NCBI GenBank assembly: GCA_046484865.1
Contig: JAWOID010000147.1
Span: forward strand, 1 to 12,839
DNA from: Candidatus Krumholzibacteriia bacterium
GTDB taxonomy: Bacteria; Krumholzibacteriota; Krumholzibacteriia; LZORAL124-64-63
Reading direction: 5' to 3'
DNA: 12,839 nucleotides
A program made the translations under genes and the position numbers. Within the stretch, counting starts at the first letter, position 1. Every line of letters starts with the position of its first letter. Below the pieces are notes generated by a model that saw only the letters and a list, made by a program, of their open reading frames with translations, did not search any database and was not told where the DNA came from. Of this stretch, positions 10,075-12,839 are shown piece by piece.

Positions 10075-10122
10075 TGGTCAATTAACTTGAATTCCCTGCC
10101 TCCGGGTTGGTAATTACTTAAC
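10075..10122 (+). promoter_or_regulatory. Putative promoter/operator region of the dsrMK-like operon
   Basis: AT-rich patch with the near-palindrome TCAATTAACTTGA (10078-10090), a -35-like TTGAAT (10087-10092) and the palindrome GTAATTAC (10110-10117) at roughly -10 spacing. Confidence 0.5.
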
Positions 10123-10167
10123 AGCTACGACTCCCGTGGGAGAAGCGCCTGCGAAAGGATGGCTCCG

Positions 10168-11100
10168 ATGGGTCTTCTGCAACTGGTCGTCTATGCTTGC
10201 GTGCTCGTCTTCCTGGTGGCGGTGAGCGTGAAGATCGCCCGCTACGCCTCGGCGCCGGTGCACATGCGCTGGGAGCTGTATCCGGTGGCTCACGAGAAGG
10301 GGAGGCACCACTACGGCGGGTCCATCTTCGAGGAACCCGACTGGTGGGAGAAACCCCGGCAACTCGACCACGCCAACGAGATCCGCGAGATGGGGCAGGA
10401 GATCTTCCTGCTCAAGGGCGTGCGCCTGAACAACCCGCGTCTGTGGCTCTGGAGCTGGCCGTTTCACGGCGGGTTGTATCTCGTCATCGGCTGGATGGCC
10501 CTGCTGGTCGTGGGCGGCATCATGCAGCTGGCCGGCGCCCGGTTCGACGGCGGCGTTCCGGCGCTGGTGCGCGGCGTCACGCTGGTGGTCGGGTACGCCG
10601 GAATGGCACTGACCGCGGTGGGCGCGCTGGGGCTGTTCCTCCACCGCACACGCAACGGGGACATGCGTCGCTTCAACACGCCCGCGGATTACCTGCACCT
10701 GCTCTGGTTCGCGGCGGCCGGCGTCTATGGCGTCGCGGCGTTCGGTGCGGTCGACCCCGGCTTCGACCGCCTGCGCGCCTTCACCGCCGGGGTGATCGGG
10801 TTCCGCGAAGCTGTCCCGCTGCCGGCGGCGACGGGTGTGGCGGTGGCGCTGGGCATGCTGCTGGTGGCCTACATCCCGTTCACGCGGATGGTGCACTTCG
10901 CCGCCAAGTACTTCCTCTACCACGAGGTGCGCTGGTCGGACGAGCCTCTGCGCAAGGGGAGCGCGCTCGAGTCCCGCATCAAGCAGGCACTCAACTACGG
11001 CGTGAGCTGGCGCGGACCGCACATCCAGACCGGCCAGACCTGGGGCCAGGTGGCCACGGCCGGCCCCGCCGACGAAGCGGCGACGGAGGAGAAGCGATGA
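10168..11100 (+). CDS. dsrM: DsrM-like membrane b-type cytochrome (NarI / nitrate reductase gamma family), about 310 aa
   Basis: AAAGGA RBS 8 nt before ATG 10168 (10159 is an alternative start). About 6 hydrophobic helices, candidate heme-ligand histidines (WPFHGGLY, DYLHLLW, PFTRMVHF), and RWELYPVAHE...YGGS motif. ATGA-coupled to the Fe-S gene. Confidence 0.8.
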   Translation: MGLLQLVVYACVLVFLVAVSVKIARYASAPVHMRWELYPVAHEKGRHHYGGSIFEEPDWWEKPRQLDHANEIREMGQEIFLLKGVRLNNPRLWLWSWPFHGGLYLVIGWMALLVVGGIMQLAGARFDGGVPALVRGVTLVVGYAGMALTAVGALGLFLHRTRNGDMRRFNTPADYLHLLWFAAAGVYGVAAFGAVDPGFDRLRAFTAGVIGFREAVPLPAATGVAVALGMLLVAYIPFTRMVHFAAKYFLYHEVRWSDEPLRKGSALESRIKQALNYGVSWRGPHIQTGQTWGQVATAGPADEAATEEKR

Positions 11101-12701
11101 GCGACCCTCGCAACCTCACCATCAAGGAATTCTGCGCCGCCTGCGGACAGGCCGCGGACATCGACTTCACCACCCTGCCGGCGCTGCCCCACCCCTACGA
11201 GGGCTGGGAGGAGAAGCCGCTGGCCGCTCCCTCGCAGACCGTGATGACGAACCTGGACGGCACCACGGCGGTGCGTCTGAAGGAGCCTCAGACCGAGGAG
11301 GAGAAGGAGCAGCTCGTGGAGCGCTTCCTCGCCGGACTGGATCGGCTCTTCTCCAGGGAGGACAACTGGACGTTCCTGCAGCCGTTCCTGCTGAGCATCG
11401 ACAACTGCGTGAAATGCAACACCTGCGCCGAAGCCTGCCCCATCTTCGAGGCGAGCGGCCGCGCGGAGATCTACCGCCCCCTCTTCCGCTCGGAGACGGT
11501 GAGACGCATCGCCAAGCGCAACCGCTCGAAGCTGGGCCAGGTGTTCGATCGGCTCACCGGCAGCGATCTCGAGGTCGGCTGGGAGTCGGTGGCGCGGCTC
11601 GCCGAACTGGCCTACCGCTGCACGCTCTGCCGCCGCTGCGCCCAGGCCTGCCCGATGGGCGTGGACAACGGACTGATCACCCGCGAACTGCGCAAGCTCT
11701 TCAGCCAGGAGCTGGGGATCCATCCCGCCGAGTTGCACGAGGACGGCACCATCAAGCACCTGAGCGTCGGCTCGTCCACCGGCATGAACCCGATGGCGTT
11801 CCGCGACATCATCGAGTTCGCGGAGGAGGACATCGAGGAACGCACGGGGATGAAGATCAAGATCCCCATCGACGACCAGAACGCCGACATCCTGGTCATG
11901 CACAACGCCGGCGAGTTCCTCTCGTGGCCGGAGAACCTGCAGGCGTTCGCGATCCTCTTCGAGGTGGTCGGCCTGAAGTGGACGCTGGCCAGCGACCTGC
12001 TCGGCTACGACTCGGTGAACTACGGCCTGTTCTACGACGACGTCCAGTACGCCCGGGTCACCCTCAAGCACGCCCAGGTGGCCAAGGACCTGGGCGTCAA
12101 GAAGGTGCTCATGGGCGAGTGCGGTCACGCGCACAAGGCGTTCATGGCCATCGGCGACCGGCTCTGGGTGGACGAGCTCAACATCCCGCGCGAGAGCGCA
12201 CTCACGCTGATGGAAGACCTGGTGGTCAACGGCAAGGTGAAGGTGGATCCGTCACGCAACGAGTTCCCCGTCACCCTGCACGACCCGTGCAACATGACCC
12301 GCAGCATGGGGATCATCCAGCCACAGCGACGCATCCTGAAGAAGATCTGCCCGCAGTTCCGGGAGATGACCCCACACGGCGTGGACAACTACTGCTGCGG
12401 CGGCGGCAGCGGGTTCGCCATCATGCAGTCCGGCAGCTTCCCGCACTGGCGCAAGGTGATCTCGGGACGCAAGAAGTTCGAGCAGATCCTCGGCGCCTTC
12501 CAGCCGGAGATCGACGATCCCGCCATCAAGAAGTACGTGTGCGCGCCCTGCTCCAACTGCAAGGGCCAGATCCGCGACCTGATCGTCCACTACGACGCCT
12601 GGGAGCGGTGCGGCATCCACTACGGCGGGCTGGTGGAGTTGATCGTCAACGCGATGGTGGATGTGCGGCCGGGCTTCATCGAATGGCAAGATATCATGTA
12701 G
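11097..12701 (+). CDS. dsrK: DsrK-like (HdrD-related) Fe-S oxidoreductase with a CCG domain, 534 aa
   Basis: ATG 11097 overlaps the dsrM TGA (ATGA), with GGAGGAG upstream. Two ferredoxin motifs (CVKCNTCAEACP, CTLCRRCAQACP), GECGH, and CCG-domain motifs HDPCN, CCGGGSG, CAPCSNCK. Very strong G/C-ending codon bias. Confidence 0.85.
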   Translation: MSDPRNLTIKEFCAACGQAADIDFTTLPALPHPYEGWEEKPLAAPSQTVMTNLDGTTAVRLKEPQTEEEKEQLVERFLAGLDRLFSREDNWTFLQPFLLSIDNCVKCNTCAEACPIFEASGRAEIYRPLFRSETVRRIAKRNRSKLGQVFDRLTGSDLEVGWESVARLAELAYRCTLCRRCAQACPMGVDNGLITRELRKLFSQELGIHPAELHEDGTIKHLSVGSSTGMNPMAFRDIIEFAEEDIEERTGMKIKIPIDDQNADILVMHNAGEFLSWPENLQAFAILFEVVGLKWTLASDLLGYDSVNYGLFYDDVQYARVTLKHAQVAKDLGVKKVLMGECGHAHKAFMAIGDRLWVDELNIPRESALTLMEDLVVNGKVKVDPSRNEFPVTLHDPCNMTRSMGIIQPQRRILKKICPQFREMTPHGVDNYCCGGGSGFAIMQSGSFPHWRKVISGRKKFEQILGAFQPEIDDPAIKKYVCAPCSNCKGQIRDLIVHYDAWERCGIHYGGLVELIVNAMVDVRPGFIEWQDIM

Positions 12702-12720
12702 GTTCTGCCCGGGAAATTGT

Positions 12721-12750
12721 GTCTACCCCCGGTCCGATCCGGGGGTAGAC
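12721..12750 (+). terminator. Perfect 12-bp stem-loop 19 nt after the dsrK stop; probable terminator or mRNA-stabilising hairpin
   Basis: GTCTACCCCCGG (12721-12732), 6-nt loop TCCGAT, CCGGGGGTAGAC (12739-12750). Followed only by ggctttc, a weak U-tract. Confidence 0.55.
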
Positions 12751-12776
12751 GGCTTTCAAACGGCGTAAGTCTTCGT

Positions 12777-12809
12777 GTGACGCCGGTTGACCCCCAGAGC
12801 CGGCGTCAC
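12777..12809. repeat. Second inverted repeat downstream of dsrK
   Basis: GTGACGCCGG (12777-12786) is the exact reverse complement of CCGGCGTCAC (12800-12809). Extendable by a U-G and a U-A pair. Confidence 0.7.
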
Positions 12810-12839
12810 CACTTCGCGCCAGTAGTACTGTCGCCACCG

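Noticed and set aside
10197..11096. 834-aa version of the DsrK ORF starting at 10197
   Set aside because: The first ~300 aa are an Arg/Gly-rich off-frame shadow of dsrM. The real start is the RBS-supported ATGA overlap at 11097.

Overview
High-GC bacterial window, probably from a diderm (it encodes a signal-peptide protein with beta-barrel features and a C-terminal Phe). Left part: the 3' end of a gene cut by the window edge, a strong hairpin, an unannotated 58-aa acidic peptide with a CxCxC motif, a convergent ECF sigma factor / single-TM putative anti-sigma pair, and a divergently transcribed secreted S9 (prolyl oligopeptidase-family) peptidase. Middle: a membrane-anchored PAS hybrid histidine kinase and a putative outer-membrane beta-barrel protein, both on the minus strand. 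Right: siroheme biosynthesis genes (SirC/Met8-like dehydrogenase-ferrochelatase and a CobA-HemD fusion), then a translationally coupled DsrM-like/DsrK-like pair with no dsrJ start visible in the 138 nt after it, which instead hold a cluster of inverted repeats. Best leads are the CxCxC peptide next to the ECF/anti-sigma/S9 peptidase genes (possible RiPP-like or peptide-signalling system) and the siroheme + minimal DsrMK module. All family assignments come from motifs read by eye; no searches were run.
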